Below are positions 40,489-51,227 of a stretch of DNA of 64,000 nt, in pieces (position 1 is the first letter of the stretch; every line of letters starts with the position of its first letter). The notes beneath the pieces were generated by a model. That model was not told where the DNA came from, did no database searches, and saw nothing but the letters and a program-made list of their open reading frames with translations. The position numbers and the translations under genes are program-made. This stretch comes from Bacteroidota bacterium (lineage in GTDB: Bacteria > Bacteroidota > Bacteroidia > Flavobacteriales_C > GCA-002722245): contig JAPLEZ010000142.1 in assembly GCA_026390935.1 (NCBI GenBank), positions 35,196 to 99,195 on the forward strand, in the 5' to 3' direction.

Positions 40489-42294
40489 CTATTGTCCCTT
40501 TATTAATTTAAGCTCATCAGCCGAGAATCCGGCTGGATCGCCTTCGCCCGCATAATTTGCGGAAAAGGTTAATTTATAGAGATACTTAAGATCAATAGAA
40601 GCAGACCAAGATGTACACCCCGTGCCCGCTGCAACCTGATAGGTGCAAGATCCGAAACTAGTTGACGCTATTTTTACTTTGTCGTCAATGCTGTAATAAT
40701 CTAAATCAAATTGGCTTCTAAGACCTGGCGAATATTCTTGTGACCATCTAAGTGTGCCGGTTTGCATAAGATCTGGAACCCCGTCTAATATGCTTCTTGT
40801 AACGCATATAAATCGGTAATTTGGAAATGGTGCTGAGTAGAAATAGATATCTCCCGTTTGTCCTGCTTGTGGAGAACAGGTGCTGCCAGGGCTCCATTCT
40901 CCCAATTCATATTTACCAACATACCAAACTGGTTTTTGTGGCGGAATTAATTCCAATGTCGCACTTAAAGTGAGCTTTGATTCACCGAATTTCGATTTAT
41001 ACATGATATCAAAAGTAAATTCCTGGTTTACAATTTCTGTGGTAGTGAACTCTACGATAATACCGTCGGCACTGAAATCTAATTTTCCAGTGACTTTCGG
41101 ATTTGAAATGTTAGTCATGAAAAGCAGATGCGGATCTACAGCCAAGGTTTTTGATTTCGCCACTGCAACATTGTTGAGGTCATAAGCCGAGCCTTCTAGC
41201 ACGTAGCCGAATTTGGAGGTGAACTGGTTTATTTTGTCCCACATTTTTCCAATTTCATTTAAGGAAATGATCATGTCATTCATCAAAATTGAAGTGGAGT
41301 TGACGTCTTCTTTATCAGGATTTCTATACGGAGACTGTAATTTTATTTGGTAGGCTTTGTCTTTTTGAAAGGTATATACTGAGGCTGTTTTAAGCGAGGA
41401 GTTCAAGTCGGCAACCAAAATTTCACCAAAGCGCACCAGCGCTCTATCTAGTCCGTCAATATTACTTGCATTGAACTGGTACAGTTTAACCATCAGTCCA
41501 AGACCACAAGCTGCGCTTATCCACGGTGCTGATGGGGCTGCCACAATGCCTATAAGAACAAGACTCAGTAGTTTATTTTTATTTACACGAGCCCTTTCAA
41601 TGGTTTGTTCCAAAATGGCTTCAGGGCAATCTAGTGCTTCGTCGCCACTTGTTTTAAATGAATAGCCCTTGATGTTGTTTGCAATAGGATTTTGAACAGC
41701 AGAAAACAATTCGAGATTGGCAGCGATAAATGCAGCCAACTCCTTCTTTTGATCCGCTGACATATTCGCTATACTGTCGTTAACAGCTTTTGTATAGGCT
41801 TTTATAGTTGCAAGGTGTTGCGCGCTGAATTGTGATCCGTCGGCATCTTTTATATGGGAATAAATACTGTCTAGATTATTGTCGCTGAAAGTGAATTCGC
41901 TGAATGAATTATTTATGAAGGCAGTTGGATCAGCTATCAAAGTACCTGCACTTACATTGAATTCGGTTTTATATTCTATGTTGTTTACTATGATTTTAAA
42001 GTCATATTTGCCACTGGCCAGTTCAGGCACAATGAAAGCCAAAATTGCAGCACTTGAATCCACACCAACTTTTATGGTTTTTCCACCAATTGTTGCGTCG
42101 TAAATTTTAGCGTCAAAGGCTAGGTTGGTGACTTCAATAGTGGCGATTTCCATTACTGTAACATCTGATTTCTTTGCGGAAATGTACGATTGACCAGTGT
42201 TTGTATTAGTGTTGCTGTTGTTTGTGTTGGATTCCTTAGTGCAGGCTGCTGTTAGCACTATCAAAAGTATAAGAAGGGGAACTAAATTTTTCAT
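40489..42294 (-). CDS. Hypothetical lipoprotein (large, surface-exposed, beta-rich)
   Basis: Lipoprotein signal MKNLVPLLILLIVLTAAC followed by a low-complexity N/T linker. I chose the start at 42294, internal to the ORF-track start. Confidence 0.55.
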   Translation of the reverse strand: MKNLVPLLILLIVLTAACTKESNTNNSNTNTNTGQSYISAKKSDVTVMEIATIEVTNLAFDAKIYDATIGGKTIKVGVDSSAAILAFIVPELASGKYDFKIIVNNIEYKTEFNVSAGTLIADPTAFINNSFSEFTFSDNNLDSIYSHIKDADGSQFSAQHLATIKAYTKAVNDSIANMSADQKKELAAFIAANLELFSAVQNPIANNIKGYSFKTSGDEALDCPEAILEQTIERARVNKNKLLSLVLIGIVAAPSAPWISAACGLGLMVKLYQFNASNIDGLDRALVRFGEILVADLNSSLKTASVYTFQKDKAYQIKLQSPYRNPDKEDVNSTSILMNDMIISLNEIGKMWDKINQFTSKFGYVLEGSAYDLNNVAVAKSKTLAVDPHLLFMTNISNPKVTGKLDFSADGIIVEFTTTEIVNQEFTFDIMYKSKFGESKLTLSATLELIPPQKPVWYVGKYELGEWSPGSTCSPQAGQTGDIYFYSAPFPNYRFICVTRSILDGVPDLMQTGTLRWSQEYSPGLRSQFDLDYYSIDDKVKIASTSFGSCTYQVAAGTGCTSWSASIDLKYLYKLTFSANYAGEGDPAGFSADELKLIKGQ

Positions 42295-42422
42295 TAGATA
42301 CTGTTTGATTGTTTTATGAGCATGCAATATGGGTATTATATTGATGGGGAACTAATAAATTGTAAAACAAAAAAGCAATCCCTGTTGGAGATTGCTTCTT
42401 TCGTTTTACTGTATATGTTTTG

Positions 42423-44669
42423 TTATTTACTCAATAAAAATCCTTTACTCATTCCATCTACCAGCACCGTGAAATCTCCAGCTTCGGTAATCCATTCGTT
42501 TTTAGCGTTCACAAAAGCTAAGTCCTTAGGATGAATAACAAAAGTTACAATGGTGCTTTCTCCGGCTTTTAAATTCACTTTAGAGAAGCCTTTTAAACGT
42601 TTGTTAGATGGCGTAATTGACGCCACTTCATCTCTCACATACAATTGAACTACTTCTTTTCCTTCGCGGGTTCCGGTGTTGCTTACTTTAACGGAAACTT
42701 TTATGCTGTCGTTAAAACCAATGCTATTTTTATCGAGGATCAAATCGCTGTATTTAAAAGTAGTGTAGCTCAATCCTGATCCGAAGGTATACTGCGGATT
42801 GATGGCATTCATTCCAAATGAAGGATCTCTCATTTCCGATTTTTTGTAATCGTAAGTAGTGAATGATCCAGTGTATCTTGGGTAAGTGAATGGAAGTTTT
42901 CCGCTGGGATTTGCATCGCCAAAAAGAATTTCGGCAATTGCTCTTCCTCCTTCGTTGCCTGGATGATAAGCCATTACAACAGCATCCACCAATGGTTCAA
43001 TTTCTGAAATAAGACGTGGACGGTTTTCTGCTAAAACCAAAATTATTTTTTTACCCGTTTTTGCCAACTCCTTGATCAAATTGAGTTGATTTCTGTCCAT
43101 GGTTAAATCTTCAATATCACCAGGTTTTTCTGCACTTGGTTTTTCTGCTAAACAAACAATGATATAATCGGCGTTTTGAGCTTGTTTAACGGCCTCTGCT
43201 GTATTTACATCTTTGTCGTAAGTTGTTCCTTCAACATAAATTGTTTTGTCGGCTCCAATCTCATCTTGAATGGCTTGAAGAATAGTTTTTTTGTCTTTAG
43301 GATTGTGTTTGGTTTCAACACCTTGCCAAGTGTAGGTCCACGCGCCATTTAAAGGATTTAGTAAGTTTGCTCCGGCACCTGTTACTAATACTTTTTTGTC
43401 TTTCGCCAATGGCATAATGTTATTGGTGTTTTTCAAAAGAGTAACACTTTCTAACGCGGTTAAATAATTTTGATTGGCAAATTCTGGAGATGCAAATTTC
43501 GGATACATTTTAGCATCATAATATGGATGTTCAAATAGACCCAATTTTATTTTCACGCGAAGAATTCTTCTAACAGCATCATCAATTCTGCTCATTGGAA
43601 CTTTTCCTTCGTTAACGTTTTCAATTAAATATTTGCAGAAGTCTACATCTAGTGGAGTCATGCTCATGTCGATTCCAGCGTTGATCGATAGGGCAACAGC
43701 ATCTTTATAATTGGCAGCAACGTTGTGCACCGTGTATAGCATGATGATGTCTTCCCAGTCGGTGACAGCAAATCCCTGGAAATTTAATTCTTGTTTTAGT
43801 ATTTCAGTAACGATGTGGTAATCGGCATGAACAGGAGTACCATTGATTTCGCTAGAGTTTACCATCACCGTCATTGCTCCATTTTTAATGGCTTCGGCAA
43901 AAGGAACTAAATAGTATTCTCTTAATAAACGCTCAGGCATTAAAATCGGTGTTCTGTCTTTTCCGCTGGTGGAGTTGCTGTACCCAACGTAATGCTTCAA
44001 GCATGCTGCAACTTTTTCGGGATTAGAAAAATCATCCCCTTGGTAACCATGAATAATGGCTTTTCCCATTTGTGATGCTAAGTATGGATCTTCTCCGAAG
44101 GTTTCGAAAAAACGCGACCACAATGGTTGTCGTCCTAAATCCAATACAGGAGAAAAATTCCACGGAATTCCAGAAGCACGAACTTCGTAGGCCGAAATTG
44201 CACCAGCTTTTTCAATCAATGCAGGATTCCAGGTTGCAGCCATTGCTAATTCTTGCGGAAAAATGGTAGAACCTGCGGTGTAGGTAGCGCCATGAATAGC
44301 ATCAATACCATATAATACCGGAATTTTCATTCGGGTTTTTTCTGTCGCTACTTTTTGAATTTTAGAAATGATGTCGTGCCATCTTTCACGTGGAATGGCA
44401 TAAGTACCAGTATTTAAAATTGATCCAACATGATATTTCAATAAAATAGAATCCAGTTTTGCAGGATCAATTTCCATTGTTTTATTGTCATCAAATGCTT
44501 TTCCTTTAGCTACCACATCCAAAGTAACTTGTGTCATTTGTCCAACTTTTTCAGCCAGGGTCATTTGAGAAATCAGCTTATCAATTTTTGCTTCGGTAGT
44601 ATTTTGCTGAGCCGAAGATGTTATGTAAAAAAGACACAACAACGCTAGGGGTAAGGTTTTAATGTTCAC
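42423..44669 (-). CDS. Glycoside hydrolase family 3 beta-glucosidase
   Basis: GH3 N-terminal catalytic domain (GFAVTDWEDI region, KHYVGYS), a C-terminal domain and a fibronectin-like domain. Signal peptide. Confidence 0.85.
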   Translation of the reverse strand: MNIKTLPLALLCLFYITSSAQQNTTEAKIDKLISQMTLAEKVGQMTQVTLDVVAKGKAFDDNKTMEIDPAKLDSILLKYHVGSILNTGTYAIPRERWHDIISKIQKVATEKTRMKIPVLYGIDAIHGATYTAGSTIFPQELAMAATWNPALIEKAGAISAYEVRASGIPWNFSPVLDLGRQPLWSRFFETFGEDPYLASQMGKAIIHGYQGDDFSNPEKVAACLKHYVGYSNSTSGKDRTPILMPERLLREYYLVPFAEAIKNGAMTVMVNSSEINGTPVHADYHIVTEILKQELNFQGFAVTDWEDIIMLYTVHNVAANYKDAVALSINAGIDMSMTPLDVDFCKYLIENVNEGKVPMSRIDDAVRRILRVKIKLGLFEHPYYDAKMYPKFASPEFANQNYLTALESVTLLKNTNNIMPLAKDKKVLVTGAGANLLNPLNGAWTYTWQGVETKHNPKDKKTILQAIQDEIGADKTIYVEGTTYDKDVNTAEAVKQAQNADYIIVCLAEKPSAEKPGDIEDLTMDRNQLNLIKELAKTGKKIILVLAENRPRLISEIEPLVDAVVMAYHPGNEGGRAIAEILFGDANPSGKLPFTYPRYTGSFTTYDYKKSEMRDPSFGMNAINPQYTFGSGLSYTTFKYSDLILDKNSIGFNDSIKVSVKVSNTGTREGKEVVQLYVRDEVASITPSNKRLKGFSKVNLKAGESTIVTFVIHPKDLAFVNAKNEWITEAGDFTVLVDGMSKGFLLSK

Positions 44670-44699
44670 GGTTTAAATTTTTCGCAATTTATAAATTAA

Positions 44700-45686
44700 T
44701 TATGGTTGATAAGGATGATTGATCGTAAATATTGGATGATCGAAAGCAACTGATACTGCATTGGTATAAGGCGCCACTTGATCAGAAAGCAAAACAAAAG
44801 AGACTTTATCCAACTTATCTGGTTTACCAGGTGTTGACACATTGTCTAATAGCTCAGCATAGGTGTAGCTCAATAATTTCCATCCTGTCCAATCTGGACG
44901 TATATTGATATGTCGAGCTACGCCGCCTTCTTCCCAAAAATTTACTAAAAACCAAGTGTCCGACGGACCATTTCCATAAACCATTATATTGAAATATACT
45001 TTGTTGGAATCGGTCGATAAACCGTAGGTTGAACCATGATTCACATCTGCTTTATTGGAAGCAATATCCATGTAATTTACATAAGGTTCGATAGGTAACT
45101 TGGGATCAAAATTTTGGTGTTTCCATGGCGTTCCCGACATGTAAAAATATTTACCGCCGTCGGCTTTTGGATGAGAATTATCGAATACAGTTACTGCAGG
45201 CCAGTCGCGAGGCCAATCGGTAGCGCTTTTCAATGCAGAGAAATCAGTGATGAGAATGCCATTTTTATCAGGATTTCTCAAGCCTGTTATTGGCATCGTT
45301 GTTTTGAAAGTGTCGGTGGTATGTTTAAAGGTGAGAAAAATGGTCACAGTTTCTTTTTGGAAAGATGGAACGTCATCAGCGGTACCATTCCAAAGTGCAT
45401 TTGATTTATCTACCACTTTTGAAATGGTAGTAAATGTTTTTGTAGCGCCGCTGGTATTCCCTTTTACGGTAATTACCCAGTCGGTTTCTTTTTCAAAGGA
45501 CGCCGTAAAATAAACCGTTTCATCTTTTGAAAAATCTACAGCGGACATACTTTTATTGAGTGGATCAACAACCGTTACCGGACCGTAAATCCCAACAATG
45601 GAAGGGCCTAGCGTGTCTTTTCTGCAGCCGAACTGCAGAGTAAGAACAGCGGTAAAGGCAATTAATATAAATGATAAGTTCTTCAT
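44700..45686 (-). CDS. Hypothetical lipoprotein, candidate glycan-binding surface protein
   Basis: Lipoprotein signal MKNLSFILIAFTAVLTLQFGC. Sits between the GH3 gene and the outer-membrane barrel genes. Confidence 0.5.
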   Translation of the reverse strand: MKNLSFILIAFTAVLTLQFGCRKDTLGPSIVGIYGPVTVVDPLNKSMSAVDFSKDETVYFTASFEKETDWVITVKGNTSGATKTFTTISKVVDKSNALWNGTADDVPSFQKETVTIFLTFKHTTDTFKTTMPITGLRNPDKNGILITDFSALKSATDWPRDWPAVTVFDNSHPKADGGKYFYMSGTPWKHQNFDPKLPIEPYVNYMDIASNKADVNHGSTYGLSTDSNKVYFNIMVYGNGPSDTWFLVNFWEEGGVARHINIRPDWTGWKLLSYTYAELLDNVSTPGKPDKLDKVSFVLLSDQVAPYTNAVSVAFDHPIFTINHPYQP

Positions 45687-45697
45687 AATTTCTTCAA

Positions 45698-47401
45698 TTA
45701 AAAGTTCATGTTGAACATTACTAAAATTTGACTCAGCGAATAGTTGTTCGCGCTAGTTGCTTTGTCTTGATAAGAGAACAAATGATCCTGAACAGTCAAA
45801 TATGATTTTTCGCTGAAGCGGTATTTCACTCCGAAAGCGATAACTGTTTGAGCTACGTCCATGTTAGTGGTAGTGAAATTAACGATCAAATCATTGTAAG
45901 TATTTCTAACCGAAATAAATTCATTTCCTTTTGAGGTCAACATTTTATAACCTCCCAAAACACTCATCTTTTTAAATACTTCCACTTCTAAACCTAGGTC
46001 AGCTAAATTATTTACCAAACTAACTTTTTCAAGTACATCCCCGCCACGATTGGTGGATTCAAAGCTGTATCCGGCAGTTAAAATTAAGCGTTTGTTCCAG
46101 TTCAAAAATTTATGAATGTTGAAATCAACAGCTCCTTTTACAAGCATAAAGCTTCTTAATTGGCTAGATCCTACACCTGCAATTTCCGATAAATATGCAG
46201 CGTCAACATCGGCTACAATTTTTTGTAATGAATCTTTGTACTGTGCATTCAATTGAAATCCTGTTCTGTTTGGCGTTGCTTTTCCGTAAGGCTGTGCATT
46301 TCCATACATTGGATTGTATGCCATCAAACTTCTTGAAATTACTTTGTTGTAAATATTGGCATCTCTTACTAAGTCGAAAATGGTGATACCACGCGTTAAC
46401 GTGTTGTTGTATTTTTGAAAATCGGTAACAGTACCACCATAATTTACACGTTTGCTTTGTGCTGCTGAACTGTAAAATTCGGGCGCAACGTAAGAGTAGT
46501 TGGTGGTTAAAATTAAGTGTTGGTTTTTCAATTGCAATTGTAAACCTGCATCGTAAAAATATCCTTTGGAGTTGCCCGATTTAAATGCTGTGTGTGCATT
46601 TTCAGAATATCCTCCTTCACCAATTAATGACAATTGAGTATTTGCTCCATTAACAATTTTATAATTGATTTCTCCTGTTGCAACCGGATTGTAAAGAAGC
46701 ACTGTATCGCTTTTTACGTTGGCAGCTACATCAAATAAATTTACATAGTTGGCAGCAATTTTCAGTCGTGAACTTTGAGTGATGGTAATTTTTCCTCCGG
46801 CATGAAAAGCAGATGGGAAAGTAGCGTAGCTTGCTCTGTTTCTTAAAAAGAATCCATCTACTCTAATAGTGTCTATAGGAGCTTGATCAAAGGCCAAAGC
46901 AAAGTTTGTTGCTGCACCTTGCTGCCACCAAGAGTTTCCTCTGTTGCTAAGGTTTTCGTAGTTGGTGTAGTCTCTGCGCATATCACTAAAAATTAGCGCT
47001 TCATTTACAGAACCCTCTGAACTATTATTGAAAAAAGTATATGGAGTTAACTTCATGTACAAGTCACCCACCTGATAGTTGAAGATTTTGGCAACTGTTC
47101 CTTTTACCGACAATTGTCGCAAAGTTGCAGAAGCGCCTGCAGTGTAAAATCCACTGAAGTCGTTGTTGAAACGAACAATGGCTTGTATCTCCGTTTTTTT
47201 ATCGGGATTGATGTTAATGCCCAAATCCATCAACACATTCCCTTTGCTGGTGTGGTTGGCGTTGGTGGTGTCGGCATTGTTCATTGTATTTACTTTCTGC
47301 AATGCCCGAGCGTATGCACCAAATTTGATTTTGTCATCTTGTGCATTCATTAGTTGAACACTGATGAAGAACAAACAAAGTAAGATTGCTTTTTTATTCA
47401 T
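45698..47401 (-). CDS. Uncharacterised outer-membrane beta-barrel protein (about 567 aa)
   Basis: Signal peptide MNKKAILLCLFFISVQLMNAQ. C-terminal aromatic residue (...LVMFNMNF) typical of OMPs. Alternating beta-strand pattern. No TonB plug. Confidence 0.6.
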   Translation of the reverse strand: MNKKAILLCLFFISVQLMNAQDDKIKFGAYARALQKVNTMNNADTTNANHTSKGNVLMDLGININPDKKTEIQAIVRFNNDFSGFYTAGASATLRQLSVKGTVAKIFNYQVGDLYMKLTPYTFFNNSSEGSVNEALIFSDMRRDYTNYENLSNRGNSWWQQGAATNFALAFDQAPIDTIRVDGFFLRNRASYATFPSAFHAGGKITITQSSRLKIAANYVNLFDVAANVKSDTVLLYNPVATGEINYKIVNGANTQLSLIGEGGYSENAHTAFKSGNSKGYFYDAGLQLQLKNQHLILTTNYSYVAPEFYSSAAQSKRVNYGGTVTDFQKYNNTLTRGITIFDLVRDANIYNKVISRSLMAYNPMYGNAQPYGKATPNRTGFQLNAQYKDSLQKIVADVDAAYLSEIAGVGSSQLRSFMLVKGAVDFNIHKFLNWNKRLILTAGYSFESTNRGGDVLEKVSLVNNLADLGLEVEVFKKMSVLGGYKMLTSKGNEFISVRNTYNDLIVNFTTTNMDVAQTVIAFGVKYRFSEKSYLTVQDHLFSYQDKATSANNYSLSQILVMFNMNF

Positions 47402-47440
47402 GGTAGATGTATATAAGTTTTTCATTTGTTTCTGTTTTCT

Positions 47441-49399
47441 TTAGAACATTACTTTCAATTCAAGTGTGCCTTCATTTCCTGAGAATTTCTCAGTGGCGAA
47501 ATTTTTGTCTTCAAAGGAGAACCATCGTTGACGGATGTATAAGGTGGTTGAGCTCGTTAGCGAAAAATCGAAACCTACGCCAATCGCTTTTCCAACCTGA
47601 TCTCTCGCATTTCCGTTAGTTCCTAAATCAGTGCTTTGATTTCCTTTGATCATTTCTATACCTCCGTAGAGTGTAAGAATGAAATTTTTGTGCAATTGGT
47701 AGTACACGTCCATTTCATGGTATTGTGCACGAATGTATGCGCTATTATCAAATTTGGTGAAGGCCGAAAATTGTTTTTGCACCGAGCTGAATGTTCCAAG
47801 GTAGTTCACATATAAATCGCGATCCAACACATTCATTTTGTATTTCACTTGGAAATCGAAAGCGTTGTAAAATCTTTTGAATTGGGCATTTCCGTTGGCA
47901 AGTGTATCTGTAAGATTAACTTGCTCATAAGCACCACGGTAGTAAGTTCCAACTCTGTTGTTTGGACCGAACATGCCGGGAATAGGGAAGTAGCCAGGCA
48001 ATCTCGACCACAATAGACTATTCACTCTGTGACCATAGTTTAACACTTTGCCGTTGGCAATCAGTTCTTTTTCAGCTGAAATTTGTGTGCCTGTTGACAC
48101 CATGAATTTCCATACTTTAAAGTTGGTGTTTACTGCGCCACCCATTCTGTTGTTGGCTATGTCGCCAACATTGTCGAGAGAAGGACCAAAGGGCTGCAAT
48201 GAGGTCGTGCCTGTATTTCCTTGGTAACCCGTGTACACTTCTTTAATGGTTGTGTTGTTGAAATTGGCAACGTTGCTGGTGAAGCTTTTGCCAATAGTGT
48301 AATAGCGAAAATCCAAAGGAATGAACGTGTATTTTTTAGGAATGGATAAATCTAAAATCACACCTTCACTCCAGTTTTCTTTGTAAGACGGACTCACATA
48401 TCTTCCGGCACCAACTTCCCCTTTTAAGGATATGCCTTTTATTTTAAATGAGAATTCGGACGTGATAATGTTCCATTGAACATCATTTTTCGATTTAATA
48501 CTATCCGATCTATTGAAATTATTGAAAGTGTTTAAGCTTACGTAATTGTTGTCTTTCAAATTTTTCTTCAATCGGATCCCTAAATTTTGAGAAGGCTTTA
48601 CTTCATTTTCTCTGTTGATTCCACCGTTGGCTCCCGTTTTTCCGTAAAATATATCAACGTTGGTGTTGATTTTAGTGATCAAGCCTGTTGCCATAAAACC
48701 TTTGAACGCTTGTGTTCCAAACCTGTTATCTTGAGTGATCGCACCGCTATAGTAGTAGGAAGCATAACGTGTTTTTACGTTGCCTGCTGGATCCCACGGT
48801 CGTCTTTCAAAAATGCTGAAGCGATTGAATCCTACGTTGGCTCCAAAAGTAAATGGAGTTAATTTCGTCCATTCAATACCACCTGCAATTAAAAAGAAAT
48901 TACCAATCGGGGTGTTTATGTTTCCTCTCAATACAGCAGAGAAGAAAGGACTTACGGTAGGTGCCGCGCCAATACCCGGACCTTTATACACCTGAAAAGG
49001 ATTTCCTATCATCACCTCGGTACCAAAGCTTGTGGTGGCTGTGGGCTGACCACCAACATATAAAAACATGGTAGGATCAAAATAACCATCACCCACGCTC
49101 ATGCTTCGTTTAGGTCCGTCGCCGTATGCTTGATTCATATCTCGGTTGTAGAAAAAACCTCTGTAGTAACCGCCGGTTTGAATACCACTGAGGAATTCTT
49201 TGAACAAGCTTTTTTCTACCGGTGAACTAATTCCATCCGATGAATTTTCTCTTACCAGAGATTTTCTAACCAATGACCAGGGTGTGAAGGCAGCCTTCAT
49301 GGAATCTGATTCTGTTTGTTGCGCGTACGTGGCGTTAAAGCCTGCGCAGCACGCAAACAAGAGGGTTAGAATTCTTTTATTATTTTTTTTAATATGCAT
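47441..49399 (-). CDS. Uncharacterised outer-membrane beta-barrel protein (652 aa)
   Basis: Signal peptide MHIKKNNKRILTLLFACCAGFNATYAQQ. C-terminal ...TLELKVMF. Gly/aromatic-rich strands. No TonB box. Confidence 0.6.
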   Translation of the reverse strand: MHIKKNNKRILTLLFACCAGFNATYAQQTESDSMKAAFTPWSLVRKSLVRENSSDGISSPVEKSLFKEFLSGIQTGGYYRGFFYNRDMNQAYGDGPKRSMSVGDGYFDPTMFLYVGGQPTATTSFGTEVMIGNPFQVYKGPGIGAAPTVSPFFSAVLRGNINTPIGNFFLIAGGIEWTKLTPFTFGANVGFNRFSIFERRPWDPAGNVKTRYASYYYSGAITQDNRFGTQAFKGFMATGLITKINTNVDIFYGKTGANGGINRENEVKPSQNLGIRLKKNLKDNNYVSLNTFNNFNRSDSIKSKNDVQWNIITSEFSFKIKGISLKGEVGAGRYVSPSYKENWSEGVILDLSIPKKYTFIPLDFRYYTIGKSFTSNVANFNNTTIKEVYTGYQGNTGTTSLQPFGPSLDNVGDIANNRMGGAVNTNFKVWKFMVSTGTQISAEKELIANGKVLNYGHRVNSLLWSRLPGYFPIPGMFGPNNRVGTYYRGAYEQVNLTDTLANGNAQFKRFYNAFDFQVKYKMNVLDRDLYVNYLGTFSSVQKQFSAFTKFDNSAYIRAQYHEMDVYYQLHKNFILTLYGGIEMIKGNQSTDLGTNGNARDQVGKAIGVGFDFSLTSSTTLYIRQRWFSFEDKNFATEKFSGNEGTLELKVMF

Positions 49400-49424
49400 T
49401 ATTTCGTTGAGTTATAATGAGTAT

Positions 49425-50324
49425 TTATGGTTTCTTATATACACGTACGTAGTCTACAAACATATACTTTGGAAAAGTAGTGCTTTCGTCGGGCGGACCA
49501 GGCCATTGACCGCCAATGGCGAGGTTGAGAATCATGTGAAAAGTTTGGTCGAATGGCCATCTGTGTGGATCGGTATCTGTAGTTTTTTTTGTGGAGTACA
49601 GCACGCCATCTAAATACCATCTAATTTCTTTCGGTTCCCATTCCACTGAGTACACATGAAAGGCGGTAGATAAATCACCTTCAGCAACATCAGTATGTTC
49701 TCCTTTGTAAGAATTGTTTGGCCAAGGCTGTCCGAAGTGAATGGTTCCGTAGCAAGTTTTTGGTTGGTGACCGATGGATTCCATGATGTCAATTTCACCA
49801 CTTTGTGGCCAAGTGCCATAAACATAGTCGGTAGGCAACATCCATATTGCTGGCCATACCCCTTGCTGTACCGGAGTTTTGGCGCGGATGTCGAAACGAC
49901 CATAAGTCCAGCCATGCTTGTATCTTGTGTTCAATCTACCAGAAGTATAAAATTTCCCTTTGTAGTTTTGTTTGATGGCTTTAAGTACCAAGTATTTTTT
50001 ATCGATGATGTAAGAGTTGGCTTTTGAAGCGGTGTAGTATTGTAATTCATTATTTCCTCCTCCATCACCATTTACTTCGTGCGTCCATTTTGTGCTGTCA
50101 ATTTCAGTTCCTGCAAATTCATCGGACCAAACCAATTCCCATCCATCTTTTTTAATTGGCTCTTTAAAACCATTGTCGGGAGTGGAAGTGAGGTCAACGG
50201 CAATATTTTCCGAAGCTGATTCGTACAAATCGGGTTGCTCCACCATGCTCACATGGGAGCAGCTATACATTGCAAACAAAGCGATGCAGAGCGAGGAGTA
50301 AAGTCGAAAGTTTTTATTGATCAT
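49425..50324 (-). CDS. Glycoside hydrolase family 16 beta-glucanase (laminarinase-like)
   Basis: GH16 catalytic motif GEIDIME (E-x-D-x-x-E). Signal peptide. Confidence 0.85.
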   Translation of the reverse strand: MINKNFRLYSSLCIALFAMYSCSHVSMVEQPDLYESASENIAVDLTSTPDNGFKEPIKKDGWELVWSDEFAGTEIDSTKWTHEVNGDGGGNNELQYYTASKANSYIIDKKYLVLKAIKQNYKGKFYTSGRLNTRYKHGWTYGRFDIRAKTPVQQGVWPAIWMLPTDYVYGTWPQSGEIDIMESIGHQPKTCYGTIHFGQPWPNNSYKGEHTDVAEGDLSTAFHVYSVEWEPKEIRWYLDGVLYSTKKTTDTDPHRWPFDQTFHMILNLAIGGQWPGPPDESTTFPKYMFVDYVRVYKKP

Positions 50325-50334
50325 GTGTTTTAGC

Positions 50335-50922
50335 TTATTTTTTAAGTTTCTTTACGAAGCGAATCTCATCTAGATACAATGTTCCTGTTGGAAGCACCAT
50401 ATATAAGAGCGTATTTACGCGGGCAAGGTCGGCTCCTTTAATGTTGATGGAGTACTTTTTCCATTCGCTGCCGATCTCTAAAAATGTGTCATTTACTTTG
50501 TCAACTTCAGGCGCACCGCCGCCACCAACGCCTATTTCGGGCAAGATGTATGGTCCGCTTTCAGTCTCTTCTGCACGGGCATAAAACTCTAATTTATCGT
50601 AAGGGGTGAGGTCGGGTAATTTTTGATCTTCTTTTAAAGAAATATTCCATGAGCCTGTAAATTGAATGTGCAAACCTCGCCATGCTTCCGAATTATCGGT
50701 TGTGATTTTCATGCAGTTTTCCCCTTTATAAGGTTTGTCTTTGCAGTTGATGTCGATTTTCATGCTCTTCCCATCTTTCTCTCCCATGAAGCCTGTAGGT
50801 ATACCATGTTTGAAATAGTCGGAATAGATTAAGTAGGATTCCACTTCATCTTGTAAAGAAGGAGTAAATGCCAAAAGTGCAACCAAAAAAGCAAGTGAGA
50901 GTATTAGCTTATAACTTTTCAT
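50335..50922 (-). CDS. Hypothetical secreted protein, possible carbohydrate-binding module
   Basis: Signal peptide MKSYKLILSLAFLVALLAF. Beta-sandwich-like composition. Genomic context with GH16. Confidence 0.45.
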   Translation of the reverse strand: MKSYKLILSLAFLVALLAFTPSLQDEVESYLIYSDYFKHGIPTGFMGEKDGKSMKIDINCKDKPYKGENCMKITTDNSEAWRGLHIQFTGSWNISLKEDQKLPDLTPYDKLEFYARAEETESGPYILPEIGVGGGGAPEVDKVNDTFLEIGSEWKKYSINIKGADLARVNTLLYMVLPTGTLYLDEIRFVKKLKK

Positions 50923-51016
50923 TCAATGAATTTTTAGATAAGTAATTAAACAATGATAAAATATTAATAACAAGAAATCAAGCAAATAGTCATTTATTTC
51001 ACGTTCTCAAAACTTC

Positions 51017-51046
51017 TGTAAATAGCTGATAATTAAGCTATTTACA
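51017..51046. promoter_or_regulatory. Palindromic candidate operator TGTAAATAGCT-N8-AGCTATTTACA
   Basis: Perfect 11-bp arms with an 8-nt spacer. Shares the TAGCT-N8-AGCTA core with the palindrome at the hipB promoter. Confidence 0.4.
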
Positions 51047-51227
51047 TCTATGTTGTTGCGGATTGGTCGCAATCATTATCTACGCTAAAGTACTGATAAT
51101 TAATGATATTGTCAAATATACACTAACATTTATTTTTCGCTTGTATAACATATCGTTTGGGACGGGGGAGTAAAAGATTTTTGGGGAGGGAAGTTTATTT
51201 TGACGTTTTAATAAACAGAAAAGGTAA

